Below, piece after piece: positions 30,484 to 42,844 of a stretch of DNA of 64,000 nt. Position numbers and translations under genes: made by a program. Below the pieces are notes generated by a model that did not search any database, was not told the origin of the DNA, and saw only the letters and a program-made list of their open reading frames with translations. Each line of letters opens with the position of its first letter. Within the stretch, counting starts at the first letter, position 1. Source of the DNA: an uncultured bacterium (GTDB lineage: Bacteria > Fidelibacterota > Marinisomatia > Marinisomatales > TCS56); assembly GCA_964628055.1 (NCBI GenBank), contig CAZVNL010000008.1:4233-68232 (forward strand), given 5' to 3'.

Positions 30484-30514
30484 AAAAAAAGCGGAAGTTA
30501 CCTTCCGCTTTTTT
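30484..30514 (-). terminator. Intrinsic terminator after dnaK
   Basis: AAAAAAAGCGGAAG-TTAC-CTTCCGCTTTTTT perfect inverted repeat with a U tail on the minus strand. Confidence 0.9.
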
Positions 30515-30531
30515 ACAAGCACTATTAAACG

Positions 30532-32454
<1,923 letters not shown>

Positions 32455-32570
32455 CTATGAATTGTGTAAAAGTAACTTTAAAAATTCAATTATTATGCCA
32501 CGGCGAGTTGTAGACCCATATGGCAGACCCAGGCCAAAAAAAGATCAATATGGCATATAATTAAGGGGGC

Positions 32571-35066
32571 TTAACGAGAAATATTTTTTTGCAGGGTTGT
32601 TTTACGGGGGCGGGTGGTCCTGGCGCTGGGAGCTTTTCCTGTCTCCCAGGTGAATTTAAACTGCCCTTTGAGAGTGTGGATTTTCAATCGTTTCCCCGTG
32701 GGTATAGAACTATCCAACAGTAACTCGGAGATGGGGTCTTCCAGGGCGGTCTGAATTTCCCGGCGCAAAAAGCGGGCCCCATACTGGGGATTGAAGCCCC
32801 GTTTTACCAGGAGCGTCTTGGCCCGCTTGGTTAGCTGAACCTCAATTTTCATCTTTTTCAGGTTGTCGCGTAAATCCTGCAACTGTAAGTCGATAATCTG
32901 CAACACGTCCTCCCGGGTAAGGGGATGGAAGACGATGGTTTCGTCGACCCGGTTAAGGAATTCGGGATTGAACACGTCCTTCACGCGATCCAGAATGCGC
33001 TGCTTGATGGACTCGTAATTATCCTTATCGGAAGCCTGCACAAACCCATACCGACCACTGGTCTGAATTTCCCTGGTTCCCAGGTTGGAGGTCATGATTA
33101 CAATGGTGTTTTTGAAGTCGACCTTGCGCCCCAACCCGTCGGTCAAGACCCCTTCATCAAAAAGCTGTAAAAGGACGTTGAACACATCCGGATGGGCTTT
33201 TTCGATCTCGTCGAAGAGGATCACCGAATAGGGATTTCGGCGGACCTTTTCGGTTAGGGTGCCGCCCTCCTCATAACCCACGTAACCGGGGGGCGCCCCA
33301 ATCAAGCGGGACACCGAGAACCGTTCCCCAAATTCGGACATATCCAGTTTGACCAACGAATCCGTATGGCTGAACAGGTACTTGGCCAGCACCTTGGCCA
33401 GCTCCGTTTTCCCCACTCCCGTAGGACCTAAAAAGAGGAAAACGCCAATGGGCCGCGTGGGGCTTTTCAAGCCCGCCCTGGCCCGTTGAATGGACCGGGA
33501 AACGCTCTGCAAAGCGTGCTCCTGACCGACGATATACCGCCTCAACGCCTGGCGCATGCGCAACAACTTTTGAGTTTCCGATTGGGATATTTTGCGTACC
33601 GGGATGCCCGTAATGAGGGAGACGACTTCAGCAATATGATCTTCGGTAATGTGAATGGGGTGGCTGTTTTCCTGTTCCTGCCACTGTTCCAGGGCCCGGG
33701 AGAGGGCTTGGGTCATTTTCTGTTCCTTGTCCCGGAGGGCCGCGGCAGCCTCGAATTTCTGGGCGGCTACGACCGCCTCTTTTTGTGACCGAACCTTCTC
33801 AATGGCCCGTTCCAGGTCAATAATGGACTGGGGGACGGTCATGTTCAACATGTGCGCCCGGGAGCCGGCCTCATCCATGACGTCTATGGCCTTATCCGGT
33901 AGATACTTGTCGGTAATATAACGCTGGGAGAGGTACACACAGGCCTCGATGCCCTCATCGTCATAGATGACATTGTGGTGTTTTTCGTAGGTCGCTTTGA
34001 GACCCCGGAGGATTTGGATGGATTCCTCCGGGGTGGGGGGATTAATGGTGATCTTCTGGAACCGGCGTTCCAGGGCCCCGTCTTTTTCAATGTATTTGCG
34101 ATACTCGTCCATGGTGGTGGCCCCGATGCAGTGGATGTCGCCTCGGGCCAGGGCCGGCTTAAACATGTTGGAGGCGTCCAGGGACCCGGAGGCACTCCCG
34201 GCACCCACCAGAGTGTGCAATTCGTCAATGAATAAAATGAGGTTCTCCGTATTTTCCAGCTCCAGCATGATCGTCTTCATCCGTTCCTCGAACTGCCCCC
34301 GATACTTGGTGCCCGCAACGATAGAGGCCAGATCCAGGGCCAGAATACGTTTATTATGTAAAATCCGCGGCACGGCATGTTTGACGATCCGTTGCGCCAG
34401 GCCTTCAATAATGGCCGTTTTGCCCACCCCCGGCTCCCCGATGAGGACGGGGTTGTTCTTCTTCCGGCGCGTCAGAATCTGGGCCACGCGCTCAATTTCT
34501 TGCTCCCGGCCAATGACCGGATCCAGTTTGCCCAACCGTGCTAGTTTAGTAATATCACGGGAAAAATGGTCCAGAGCCGGGGTCTTGGTCTTGGGGGTGG
34601 TTTTTTCCAACCGGGTGGTCCCGGGGGGTTCCTCTTCAATCTCACTCTGCAATAAATCCAACACGCCGTCGTAGCTGAGATTGAAAGTATTCAAAACTTC
34701 GAAAGCGATCCCTTCCGTTTCTTTTAGCATGGCCAGTAATAAATGTTCGTCATCGGCGTAAGTTGATCCCATGGCCGCAGCTTCGTTGTAGGCATTGCGT
34801 AAAATGCGTTCCGCCCGGCGCGTCAGGGGCAAATGACCCAGGGTCATGGTCCCCCCCGAAGACTTGATCATGTCTTCGATCATGGTCTTGATTTCGTCGA
34901 TATCACAGTCGTATATCTCTAAGATCCGCACCGCCAGACCCGTGCGGACGCGCAATAGCCCCAATAGTAAATGCTCCGAACCCACGTAACTATGCCCCAG
35001 GCGGACGGCTTCCTCCTTGGCATGTTTCATGATGGCCTGAACACGCTTGGAAAAATTTTCTTTCAT
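32571..35066 (-). CDS. clpC: ATP-dependent Clp protease ATP-binding subunit ClpC
   Basis: Clp-N repeats, two AAA modules ([16 protein letters not shown]), UVR coiled coil ([13 protein letters not shown]) and [13 protein letters not shown]. Confidence 0.95.
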   Translation of the reverse strand: MKENFSKRVQAIMKHAKEEAVRLGHSYVGSEHLLLGLLRVRTGLAVRILEIYDCDIDEIKTMIEDMIKSSGGTMTLGHLPLTRRAERILRNAYNEAAAMGSTYADDEHLLLAMLKETEGIAFEVLNTFNLSYDGVLDLLQSEIEEEPPGTTRLEKTTPKTKTPALDHFSRDITKLARLGKLDPVIGREQEIERVAQILTRRKKNNPVLIGEPGVGKTAIIEGLAQRIVKHAVPRILHNKRILALDLASIVAGTKYRGQFEERMKTIMLELENTENLILFIDELHTLVGAGSASGSLDASNMFKPALARGDIHCIGATTMDEYRKYIEKDGALERRFQKITINPPTPEESIQILRGLKATYEKHHNVIYDDEGIEACVYLSQRYITDKYLPDKAIDVMDEAGSRAHMLNMTVPQSIIDLERAIEKVRSQKEAVVAAQKFEAAAALRDKEQKMTQALSRALEQWQEQENSHPIHITEDHIAEVVSLITGIPVRKISQSETQKLLRMRQALRRYIVGQEHALQSVSRSIQRARAGLKSPTRPIGVFLFLGPTGVGKTELAKVLAKYLFSHTDSLVKLDMSEFGERFSVSRLIGAPPGYVGYEEGGTLTEKVRRNPYSVILFDEIEKAHPDVFNVLLQLFDEGVLTDGLGRKVDFKNTIVIMTSNLGTREIQTSGRYGFVQASDKDNYESIKQRILDRVKDVFNPEFLNRVDETIVFHPLTREDVLQIIDLQLQDLRDNLKKMKIEVQLTKRAKTLLVKRGFNPQYGARFLRREIQTALEDPISELLLDSSIPTGKRLKIHTLKGQFKFTWETGKAPSARTTRPRKTTLQKNISR

Positions 35067-35099
35067 CTCACTTCAAAGTTAATCATTCGTTGCAGGGAA

Positions 35100-35777
35100 T
35101 CAAACACTATCTCTTAGGTACAGGTTTTCCCGTTCTAAAAAATAACACTTGTGACCGATTTTTGCTACCTCGGGATTATGGGTAGTGATCACCAACGTTT
35201 GCTGGAAGTCGGTATTTATTTGTTTAAAAAGCTGTAAGAGCTTGTCGGCGTTCTCCACATCCAGGTTGCCGGTGGGTTCGTCGGCCAGTATTAAGCGGGG
35301 ACGGTTTATCAAGGCCCGCATGACAGCCACCCGCAGGCGCTCTCCCCCTGACAGTTCTGACGGGTAGTGATGCTTGCGGTTTTCCAAACCCACATAGTTA
35401 AACAGATCCCGGGCCATCGGCTGTTTTTCTGTTTCAATACCCCCGATCATGGCCGGCATGAGGACGTTCTCCAGGGCCGTGAACTCTGGCAACAGGTGAT
35501 GAAACTGGAATACGAAGCCAATCTCCCGGTTCCGTAACCGGGCTAGAACTTCGTCCGACATGGCAAGGACGTCCTGCCCATTTATTTTCAGGGTGCCCCC
35601 GTCAGGCTTATCCAGCGTTCCCAAAATATTTAAAAGGGTGGTTTTCCCGGCCCCCGAGGGACCCATGATAGTTACAATCGATCCCCGTTCCACAACTAAG
35701 TCGAGGTTTTTGAGGACCATTAACCGCTGGCCTCCATTGAAGTATCCTTTGGTGATCTTATGGGCTTCCAGGATCAT
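35100..35777 (-). CDS. lolD: Lipoprotein-releasing ABC transporter ATP-binding protein
   Basis: GPSGAGKTT, GFVFQFHHLLPEFTALENV, LSGGE and ADEPTGNLD motifs; adjacent to two LolC/E-type permeases. Confidence 0.92.
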   Translation of the reverse strand: MILEAHKITKGYFNGGQRLMVLKNLDLVVERGSIVTIMGPSGAGKTTLLNILGTLDKPDGGTLKINGQDVLAMSDEVLARLRNREIGFVFQFHHLLPEFTALENVLMPAMIGGIETEKQPMARDLFNYVGLENRKHHYPSELSGGERLRVAVMRALINRPRLILADEPTGNLDVENADKLLQLFKQINTDFQQTLVITTHNPEVAKIGHKCYFLERENLYLRDSV

Positions 35778-36979
35778 TTTTCCATGTGTACGGCTTTTTT
35801 AGGTTGAATGAGTACCGCCCGGCGACTGGCTAAATAGGCGGAAACAAAAATGAGACTTACGGCGATAAGGGGTACCACCACTACATCCCGGGGGGAAAGT
35901 ACCATGGGAACCTTATTCATAAAATAAATTTCTTCCGGCAAAGGAAAAATGCCCACCTGTTGTTGCACAAAAACTAGTGCCAGGCCCAGGATTAAACCGG
36001 CCGCCAGTCCTGCCCCACCCACCATAAAGCCCTGGGCCAGGATAATGCGTTGGATGCCCTTACCAGAAGTTCCCAAAGTGCGTAAAATGCCAATCTCTCG
36101 AATTTTCTGGTAAGAAACCAGGACCAGCGTGGAGGCAAGGTTGAAGCAGGCCACTAAAATGATCAAACTCAGAATGGCCAGCGACCCCAGGCGCTCCATG
36201 CGCATGGCCTGGAATAACCCTTCGTGCAATTCGGTGAAACTGCGCCCTTTAATGGTCGGGGGTAAAAGGGAGTTAAGCTGCCGTAGCACCGCTGGGAATT
36301 CAGCCTCCGGCTTAATCCGCAGGTCAATCCCGTCCAGGCCTTTTTTTCGGGTGAAGAGAGCACTTCCAACGGTGCCGGGAATATACACCAGGCGATCGTC
36401 GTAATCTAGGACCTGGGCTTGGAAAATTCCCCGGACGATCCCCGTCACCTGTCGGGGTAGACCTAAACCACCAGAATAATGATCCAGGGGGCTTAATAGA
36501 CGCACCTCGTCCCCCGCCTGGAGATTCAGCCGATGAGCCAACACCTGACCGATATACACGTCGGGGTAAGAACTGGGAAGGGAGGTTTCTTCCATCTCTA
36601 AGCGGTAAAAATTATTCACCTGGCCTGAATTCACGGCCTTAAAGGTGACGACGCGGCGCTCATTATTACGACCCAGGAGTAACCCCATGCGCTCCTGGTA
36701 GGGGGACATATCGGTTACAAAAGGTAAACCCTTTATTACCACGGCTAAACTATCGGTGCGCAGGTCGGCGAAGTTTCCCTCCAGGCGCACATCCCCTTCA
36801 AGGCCCCTGATCTTGTTGGCCACCCGTCCCTCGAAGCCATTCAACACCGCCAGGGCCAGAATCATAGCGAAGGCCCCCGCGGCAATCCCGATAATGGCAA
36901 TCCAACCGGTAAAGCGACTGGTTCCCGCCCCTTTACCTCCCAAGAGAAACCGCTGGGCAATGTACAGGGGAAACTTCAT
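35774..36979 (-). CDS. Lipoprotein-releasing ABC transporter permease (LolC/E family)
   Basis: IA.RFL, GIAAGAFAMILALAVLNGFE, DGIDL and KIREIGILRTLG, with four TM segments in FtsX/MacB architecture. Confidence 0.9.
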   Translation of the reverse strand: MKFPLYIAQRFLLGGKGAGTSRFTGWIAIIGIAAGAFAMILALAVLNGFEGRVANKIRGLEGDVRLEGNFADLRTDSLAVVIKGLPFVTDMSPYQERMGLLLGRNNERRVVTFKAVNSGQVNNFYRLEMEETSLPSSYPDVYIGQVLAHRLNLQAGDEVRLLSPLDHYSGGLGLPRQVTGIVRGIFQAQVLDYDDRLVYIPGTVGSALFTRKKGLDGIDLRIKPEAEFPAVLRQLNSLLPPTIKGRSFTELHEGLFQAMRMERLGSLAILSLIILVACFNLASTLVLVSYQKIREIGILRTLGTSGKGIQRIILAQGFMVGGAGLAAGLILGLALVFVQQQVGIFPLPEEIYFMNKVPMVLSPRDVVVVPLIAVSLIFVSAYLASRRAVLIQPKKAVHMEK

Positions 36980-38196
36980 TCGTACTGCAGGGCCGTGGCC
37001 GGTTCAATTTTCACGGCTTTATGACTGGGCCAGAGGGTCACTAAAAGAGCGCATAAAAACCCCAACCCAACAATGAGGCTTACGGTGGTCCCCGAAATAA
37101 TTACGGGTACATGGTCCATGAAATACACCTCCTCGGAGATGGAAATGAGGTGGTAGGTATTTTGTAACCAGGCCAGGAGAAAAGCCAGCGCCATGCCGCT
37201 TACACTTCCCACCAGTCCGATGACGGCCCCCTTAACGAGATAGATCAGGCGAATTCCGCCCGGGGTTAAGCCGTAAGAACGGAGCGTGCCAATCGTCCGC
37301 ACCTTTTCCAGGATGATCATGGTAATGGCGGAAATGATGTTCACCAAGCCCACCAGGGCAATGAGCCCAAAGATCATGATAATCGGCCACTTTTGAACCG
37401 TGAGCCAGTTGAACAGTACCTGGTGCTTCTCTTTCCAGGTCAACAGGTAATAAGGATAGGATAAGGCTGCCTCAAAGGAGTTGGTTAGCGGGGATAACTT
37501 TGAGGGGTCAGTGACGTGCAAGACCCACCCGGTGACCTGGTTTTCCAGGCCAAATAGCCCCTGAGCTTGGTTTAGGGAAAGGTAGCATAACGACTGGTCG
37601 TATTCCTGCAATCCAGAATGGAAAATGCCCGTCAGGGTAAAGGAGTGCAATTGCTTCATCATGAGGGGTGATCCAATGGCGTTGAGATCGAATAGGACCA
37701 CCTGATCGCCAATAGTAAGCCCCAACCGTTCCGCCAGGCGACTTCCCATGATCAAGGAGCGGGAGGTCAAGGTATCCGAACCCTGGATGAGGATGGCCTT
37801 GAGGGCGGGGGGAAGTTGGGAACGTTCCAGTCCCTGGACGAATACCCCTTCGGCGGTAGACCCTTTCCGTAGGAGCGCCGGACCCTGAAGAAACGCCGTG
37901 TACTGGAAATCCCCCCGGGCCTGCTGCACAGAAGACAATAAACTATCTATGCTGGTATTGGCCCGCTGCAGGGGTTCGCCAAGAAAGTGCTGGATCTGGA
38001 TATGTCCATCGAACTGGGCAATTTTTTCCGATAGGGTGGATTCGAAACCCCGGAGAATGCCCAGGGTTAAAATCAGGGCTGCAATACCCAGACCCAACCC
38101 TAACATGGCCAAGCGACTGGCAAACATGGAAAAGCTGGTCCCGTGGGGGGACTTCAGGTACCGAAAAGCGATCCTAAAGGGTAAGGGCACTACCAT
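36976..38196 (-). CDS. Lipoprotein-releasing ABC transporter permease (LolC/E family)
   Basis: IAFRYL, GLGLGIAALILTLGILRGFE, GIFHSGLQEYD and EKVRTIGTLRSYG motifs. Confidence 0.9.
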   Translation of the reverse strand: MVVPLPFRIAFRYLKSPHGTSFSMFASRLAMLGLGLGIAALILTLGILRGFESTLSEKIAQFDGHIQIQHFLGEPLQRANTSIDSLLSSVQQARGDFQYTAFLQGPALLRKGSTAEGVFVQGLERSQLPPALKAILIQGSDTLTSRSLIMGSRLAERLGLTIGDQVVLFDLNAIGSPLMMKQLHSFTLTGIFHSGLQEYDQSLCYLSLNQAQGLFGLENQVTGWVLHVTDPSKLSPLTNSFEAALSYPYYLLTWKEKHQVLFNWLTVQKWPIIMIFGLIALVGLVNIISAITMIILEKVRTIGTLRSYGLTPGGIRLIYLVKGAVIGLVGSVSGMALAFLLAWLQNTYHLISISEEVYFMDHVPVIISGTTVSLIVGLGFLCALLVTLWPSHKAVKIEPATALQYE

Positions 38197-38243
38197 TTAG
38201 AGCACACTAATTAAACGGACTGTTGGACAGATGGGTTATCGGG

Positions 38244-39737
38244 TCACTCTCCGTTCACACTGCGGAGCACCGGGAAGAGGATAACGTCTTTAATCCACCG
38301 TTGCCCGGTTAACAGCATGACCAGGCGATCCACGCCCAAGCCTACTCCGCCGGTAGGGGGCATGCCGCATTCCAGGGCGTGGAGGAAGTCTTCATCGACG
38401 GGTTGGGTTTCTTCGTCGCCGGCCCGACGTAAAGCGGCCTGGGCCTGGAACCGTTCCCGCTGGTCGAAAGGATCATTCAGCTCTGTAAAGGCGTTGGCGA
38501 ATTCGGCTCCGCCGATGAACAGCTCGAAGCGTTCCACCAGGGTTTCATCACCGCTACGGTGCGTCTTGGCTAATGGCGACACGGCTTTGGGATAATCGAT
38601 AACGAAAGTTGGCTGTAGCAACTGGGGTTCCACCAAGCGGCGCATTAATTCATCCAATAAATGCCCGTAGGTGGCCTGCTCCGGCACCGGCAAATCCCGT
38701 TCCTGTAGAATGTGGTGGAGCCGCTCTTCGTCGGCTTCGCGTAAGTTATAACCGGTGGCTGCCTCCAAAAGCTCCAAAATGGGTATGCGGGGAAAGGGTC
38801 TATTGAGGTCAATCTTCATGGCGCCCCATTCCAGGGACAGGGACCCCACCCGTTCGGCCACGGTCTTAACCATATCTTCCACTAAACTCATCATCTCTTT
38901 GTAATCGGCATAGGCCTGGTAAAACTCCAGGGCCGTGAATTCCGGGTTATGGTTGCGATCCATACCCTCGTTGCGGAAACATTTCGACAATTCGTACACC
39001 CGGTCAAACCCGCCGATAATAAGCCGTTTCAGGTACAGTTCATCGGCAATGCGTAAATACAGTTTTCGGTCCAGCGTGTGATGGTGGGTAGTGAAGGGTC
39101 TGGCGTTGGCCCCACCATAGAGGGGCTGCAATACCGGCGTTTCCACTTCCAGAAAGCCCCGCTGGTCTAAATAATTGCGGAGGGCGGTGACGATTTTCGC
39201 GCGTTTAATAAAAACTTCCCGAACGTCAGGATTGACGATTAAGTCCAGGTGACGGTACCGATAGCGTAATTCCTTGTCCTCAAAGGCGTCAAACACCTGG
39301 CTTCCCTTGCGTTTTACCACCGGGAGCGGTCGAATATTCTTGGCCAACAGGGTTATCTCGTGGGCATGGATGCTGATTTCTTCCGTCTTGGTCTTAAATA
39401 CCTCCCCCTTCACCCCTACGATGTCCCCCAGATCGTACAGTTTAAAATGCCCGTAATGATCACTTCCAATATCTTCCTGGCGCACGTAAACCTGGATTTG
39501 ACCCTGGGCATCCTGAACATGGAAGAATGACGCTTTTCCCATGCGCCGCAAGGAAATGATTCTCCCGGCGACGGACACAGTTTGCCCCTGGAAGCGGGTA
39601 TAGGCCCCCTTCACCTCGGCGCTACGGTGCGTGGGCGCATACGTGTGGGGATAGGGATCAACGCCCCCTTCTCGAAGCGTGGCTAACTTCGCTTTCCTAA
39701 AATGCATGATTTCCTTTAAGCTACTTTTTTCCGTCAT
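38244..39737 (-). CDS. lysS: Lysine--tRNA ligase (class II)
   Basis: VAGRI, FLEVETP, GGANARPF, FRNEGMDRNHNPEF, NAFTELNDP and GMPPTGGVGLGVDRL motifs. Confidence 0.99.
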   Translation of the reverse strand: MTEKSSLKEIMHFRKAKLATLREGGVDPYPHTYAPTHRSAEVKGAYTRFQGQTVSVAGRIISLRRMGKASFFHVQDAQGQIQVYVRQEDIGSDHYGHFKLYDLGDIVGVKGEVFKTKTEEISIHAHEITLLAKNIRPLPVVKRKGSQVFDAFEDKELRYRYRHLDLIVNPDVREVFIKRAKIVTALRNYLDQRGFLEVETPVLQPLYGGANARPFTTHHHTLDRKLYLRIADELYLKRLIIGGFDRVYELSKCFRNEGMDRNHNPEFTALEFYQAYADYKEMMSLVEDMVKTVAERVGSLSLEWGAMKIDLNRPFPRIPILELLEAATGYNLREADEERLHHILQERDLPVPEQATYGHLLDELMRRLVEPQLLQPTFVIDYPKAVSPLAKTHRSGDETLVERFELFIGGAEFANAFTELNDPFDQRERFQAQAALRRAGDEETQPVDEDFLHALECGMPPTGGVGLGVDRLVMLLTGQRWIKDVILFPVLRSVNGE

Positions 39738-39770
39738 GATTTAGTCCTCAATAACCACTGGAGTGGGTCG

Positions 39771-40881
39771 TTAGGGGTGGGCCTGTTCGGGAATTTGCTG
39801 CATAAGATAGGCCCGGATGAAAAAATCGATATCCCCGTCCATGACTGCCTGGACGTTGCCCGTTTCGGCCTTGGTTCGGTGGTCCTTCACCATGGTGTAG
39901 GGATGAAAAACGTAAGAGCGGATTTGACTACCCCACCCGATATCCTTTTTTTGGCTTTCCAATTGGCGCACGGCGTCCCGCTCTTTTTCCAGTTCCAACT
40001 GATACAAACGGGCCTTTAAGACCTTCATGGCCAGGGATTTGTTTTTGTGCTGGGAGCGTTCATTCTGGCACTGGACGACAATCCCCGTGGGCAGGTGCGT
40101 AATGCGGATGGCCGAATCGGTCTTATTCACGTGTTGGCCTCCGGCGCCGCTAGCCCGGTACGTATCGATCCTCAGATCGTTGGGGTTGATCTCGATGGCT
40201 ACTTCTTCCTCCACTGCCGGGTATACAAATACCGAGGCAAAGGAGGTATGCCGTCGCTTGTTGGCATCAAAGGGCGAAATCCGGACCAGACGATGGATAC
40301 CTACCTCCGCCTTCAATAGACCATGGGCATACTCTCCCTGAACCTCGAAGGTTACATCCTTCAGACCGGCTTCCTCTCCCGGTTGGTAGTCCAGCACCTG
40401 GCGGGTAAAGCCCTTCTTTTCCACCCAGCGCGTGTACATGCGGTAGAGCATTTCCGCCCAATCCTGACTTTCGGTACCCCCGGCGCCGGGATGAATGGTG
40501 ACAATGGCATCCTTAAGATCATCTTCCGTTCCCAAGATAAGCCGTAATTCAACCTCTTCCACTAGTTTACGGTAGGTGGTTAATTCACGTTCCACTTCGT
40601 GTAGGGACACCTCCCCTTCAGCAGCAAATTCCAAGAGCACTTCCAGATCGCTGTGGCGTTTTTCCAGGTTATTCCACAGGGCGAGCTCTTTTTCTAAAAG
40701 GGTAGTCTTTTTTAATACGGTAGAGGCCTTCCGGGGGTCATTCCAGAAAGACGCTTCCAAGGACTCGTGGCGGAGTCGATCCAGTTGCTTTTCCTTGGCT
40801 GGAAGGTCAAAGATACCCCCGAAGTTCAAGAAAAGTTTTTTCTATGGAGTGAAATTGATCCTTTAATTCGCTTAAATCCAT
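39771..40881 (-). CDS. prfB: Peptide chain release factor 2, expressed via a +1 programmed frameshift (about 369 aa)
   Basis: ATG at 40881 gives MDLSELKDQFHSIEKTFLELRGYL, then CTT-TGA-C. The +1 frame continues DLPAKEKQ... to SPF (RF2 specificity motif) and GGQ (SGAGGQHVNKT). Confidence 0.97.
40806..40821 (-). promoter_or_regulatory. prfB +1 frameshift signal
   Basis: Minus strand CGGGGGTATCTTTGAC: SD-like GGGGG three nt before the slippery CTT-TGA-C. Confidence 0.95.
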
Positions 40882-40988
40882 TGAAATAATTTACGGTATC
40901 AGGCCGATTCACGAACATGAAAAACTCAACCTTCTGAAGCGCCTTCGCCCTCCTGGGCCGGGAATCCTAAAAACCCGGGGGGAAGCGT

Positions 40989-41798
40989 TTACTCCAAGAA
41001 AAAATAAACCCATTCTGATTCACTACTGGATTCATCCCGGTTGGTCTGGTTGTTCACCTCCCCAATGGCCTTTACTTTCCAACGGTACTGACCCGCTTTC
41101 AGGGAGTCGTTTTTCTGCAGGCAATTAAGGACGTTTCCCGGCCAGGGATCCCACACGGGAAAATAGGCAATGCCCTGGGGAGTGGTATTTCCGCACTCGT
41201 AACAATCGTTATTGAACCGGCTGATCCAAAACGCCTCCGTTTGGAGCGATTGGATGACGCGCTCCAGGCGTAGGACGAATTCGTTAGAGTAGACAAAATG
41301 GGACGGGCGATCCATCCACTCAAAATAGAGTTCCTCTATGGCGACCGTATCATTCACCGGCGTGTAGGGTACGGGAGCATTTAACAAGGTATAGTCGATA
41401 GTGTCACTGGAGGGACTGCGATTTCCCGCTAGGTCAAAGGCGCGGAGATAGTAGTAATAATGGCGGTACTGCTCCACGTTGTCATCATAATACAGGGTGT
41501 CGGTGCCCGGTTCAAATAGATCCACCGTGTAACGCTTTTGATAGGAGCTGTTTTTAACCGAGTCAGCGCGAAATAGCTCGTACCCACTCAAGTCCGGTTC
41601 TCCATTGGGATGCCACATGAGGACGATGGCGCCCCCGCCCCGGCTAGCGGCGTCGATGCCCTGTTCCACCCAGGCTTCGGGAAGGGACTTTAAAACCCAC
41701 CGGGGCGCCGCGGGCGGCGTGGGGTCCTCGGGAGGTTCGTTACAGTTGAACGTCATGCTTGACAAAAGCACACCGAGCAATATTAGTCTAAAGCGCAC
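40989..41798 (-). CDS. Putative lipoprotein with two fibronectin type III-like domains
   Basis: The likely GTG start at 41798 gives MRFRLILLGVLLSSMTFNC (signal plus Cys). FN3-like motifs: LMWHPNGEPDLSGYELFR, YYYYLRAFDLAGNRS.PS and YRWKVKA. Confidence 0.75.
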   Translation of the reverse strand: MRFRLILLGVLLSSMTFNCNEPPEDPTPPAAPRWVLKSLPEAWVEQGIDAASRGGGAIVLMWHPNGEPDLSGYELFRADSVKNSSYQKRYTVDLFEPGTDTLYYDDNVEQYRHYYYYLRAFDLAGNRSPSSDTIDYTLLNAPVPYTPVNDTVAIEELYFEWMDRPSHFVYSNEFVLRLERVIQSLQTEAFWISRFNNDCYECGNTTPQGIAYFPVWDPWPGNVLNCLQKNDSLKAGQYRWKVKAIGEVNNQTNRDESSSESEWVYFFLE

Positions 41799-41848
41799 AG
41801 AGGCTTTGCACCCCACCTTTGAACTACCTGGTAGGCCTAGTAAACGCC

Positions 41849-42844
41849 TCATTGTATCCCCACACCAATACGATGAATGTTCCCCAAGTCGTGGGGCGCA
41901 AAACTGTATTCCAAGGTTGCCTGGTAGCCCTTGAACGGGAAGGTGATCCCCACCCCGCCCTGGAGAGATTCGTCTTTAAGCCCCATTTGGACCAGCATGA
42001 GGTTCCGATAATTGAGTTCGAAGCCGAAGCGATGAGAATGAAAAGTGGTGGAATGGAACTGGGTATAGGCCGTCAGGGTAAGGGGGATAATCCCCAACGG
42101 TTGCACATAACTAAACCCTGTCACCAACTCGGTAGGAACCACCTCGATGCGACCGGACGTCCAGTACAAGCGCGTTCCCAGCACATCGTTCAACGCCATA
42201 CCTAAACGCAGATCGCCTAAGATCTCGGACACCATCAATTCCCCCAGATCTAACTGGATGAGGCCTCCTAAATCAAGTCCCACGCCATTGCTTTCTAAAG
42301 TGTAAAGTCGTTTGTGCAGGTAAGTTACATTCAACCCCACGGGGAGTTTCACTTGTAAGGGAGCGAACCGCCAACCAGGGTCCCACAGGACCTGGTAATT
42401 GCGGGTGAGGGTAAAGGTAAGCGCAGTTTCCAAGTCGCTGAAGGTGTTAAAGCCGCGGGCGGTCAAGGCCCGGATGGAATCTCGCCGGGCGCCCAAGTCC
42501 CGAATATTCCCTAAAAACGGTCGCCTGGGAATGGAGGTAACCAAGCTCGTTTGGTTGTGAAGGCCCCAATTCCAGGCCTCGCCGAGGGCCTGAATCAAAT
42601 GGAGGGAAATGAAATCAGTCATACCAAATTGGTTCACGTAGGTGCCCTGGAAAACATTGTCATCCAAAAACGCCATAGTGGCGGGGTTGACGAGGTAGGC
42701 GCTGGGATATTCAGCAAACGCCACTACGGCCTGCCCCAGGGCGGCCACCCGGGGGGTAGTTCCCAGCTCCTGAAAGGCATCGGCATAGCGCCCCTGACTC
42801 AGAAGTACGGTGACAAACAGCAATAAACCAACTCGAACTTTCAC
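41849..42844 (-). CDS. PorV/PorQ-like outer membrane beta-barrel (FadL-like fold)
   Basis: Short signal peptide, then FQELGTTPRVAALGQAVVA....SAYLVNPAT (family N-terminal signature), alternating beta-strands and C-terminal DLGNIHRIGVG. Confidence 0.8.
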   Translation of the reverse strand: MKVRVGLLLFVTVLLSQGRYADAFQELGTTPRVAALGQAVVAFAEYPSAYLVNPATMAFLDDNVFQGTYVNQFGMTDFISLHLIQALGEAWNWGLHNQTSLVTSIPRRPFLGNIRDLGARRDSIRALTARGFNTFSDLETALTFTLTRNYQVLWDPGWRFAPLQVKLPVGLNVTYLHKRLYTLESNGVGLDLGGLIQLDLGELMVSEILGDLRLGMALNDVLGTRLYWTSGRIEVVPTELVTGFSYVQPLGIIPLTLTAYTQFHSTTFHSHRFGFELNYRNLMLVQMGLKDESLQGGVGITFPFKGYQATLEYSFAPHDLGNIHRIGVGIQ

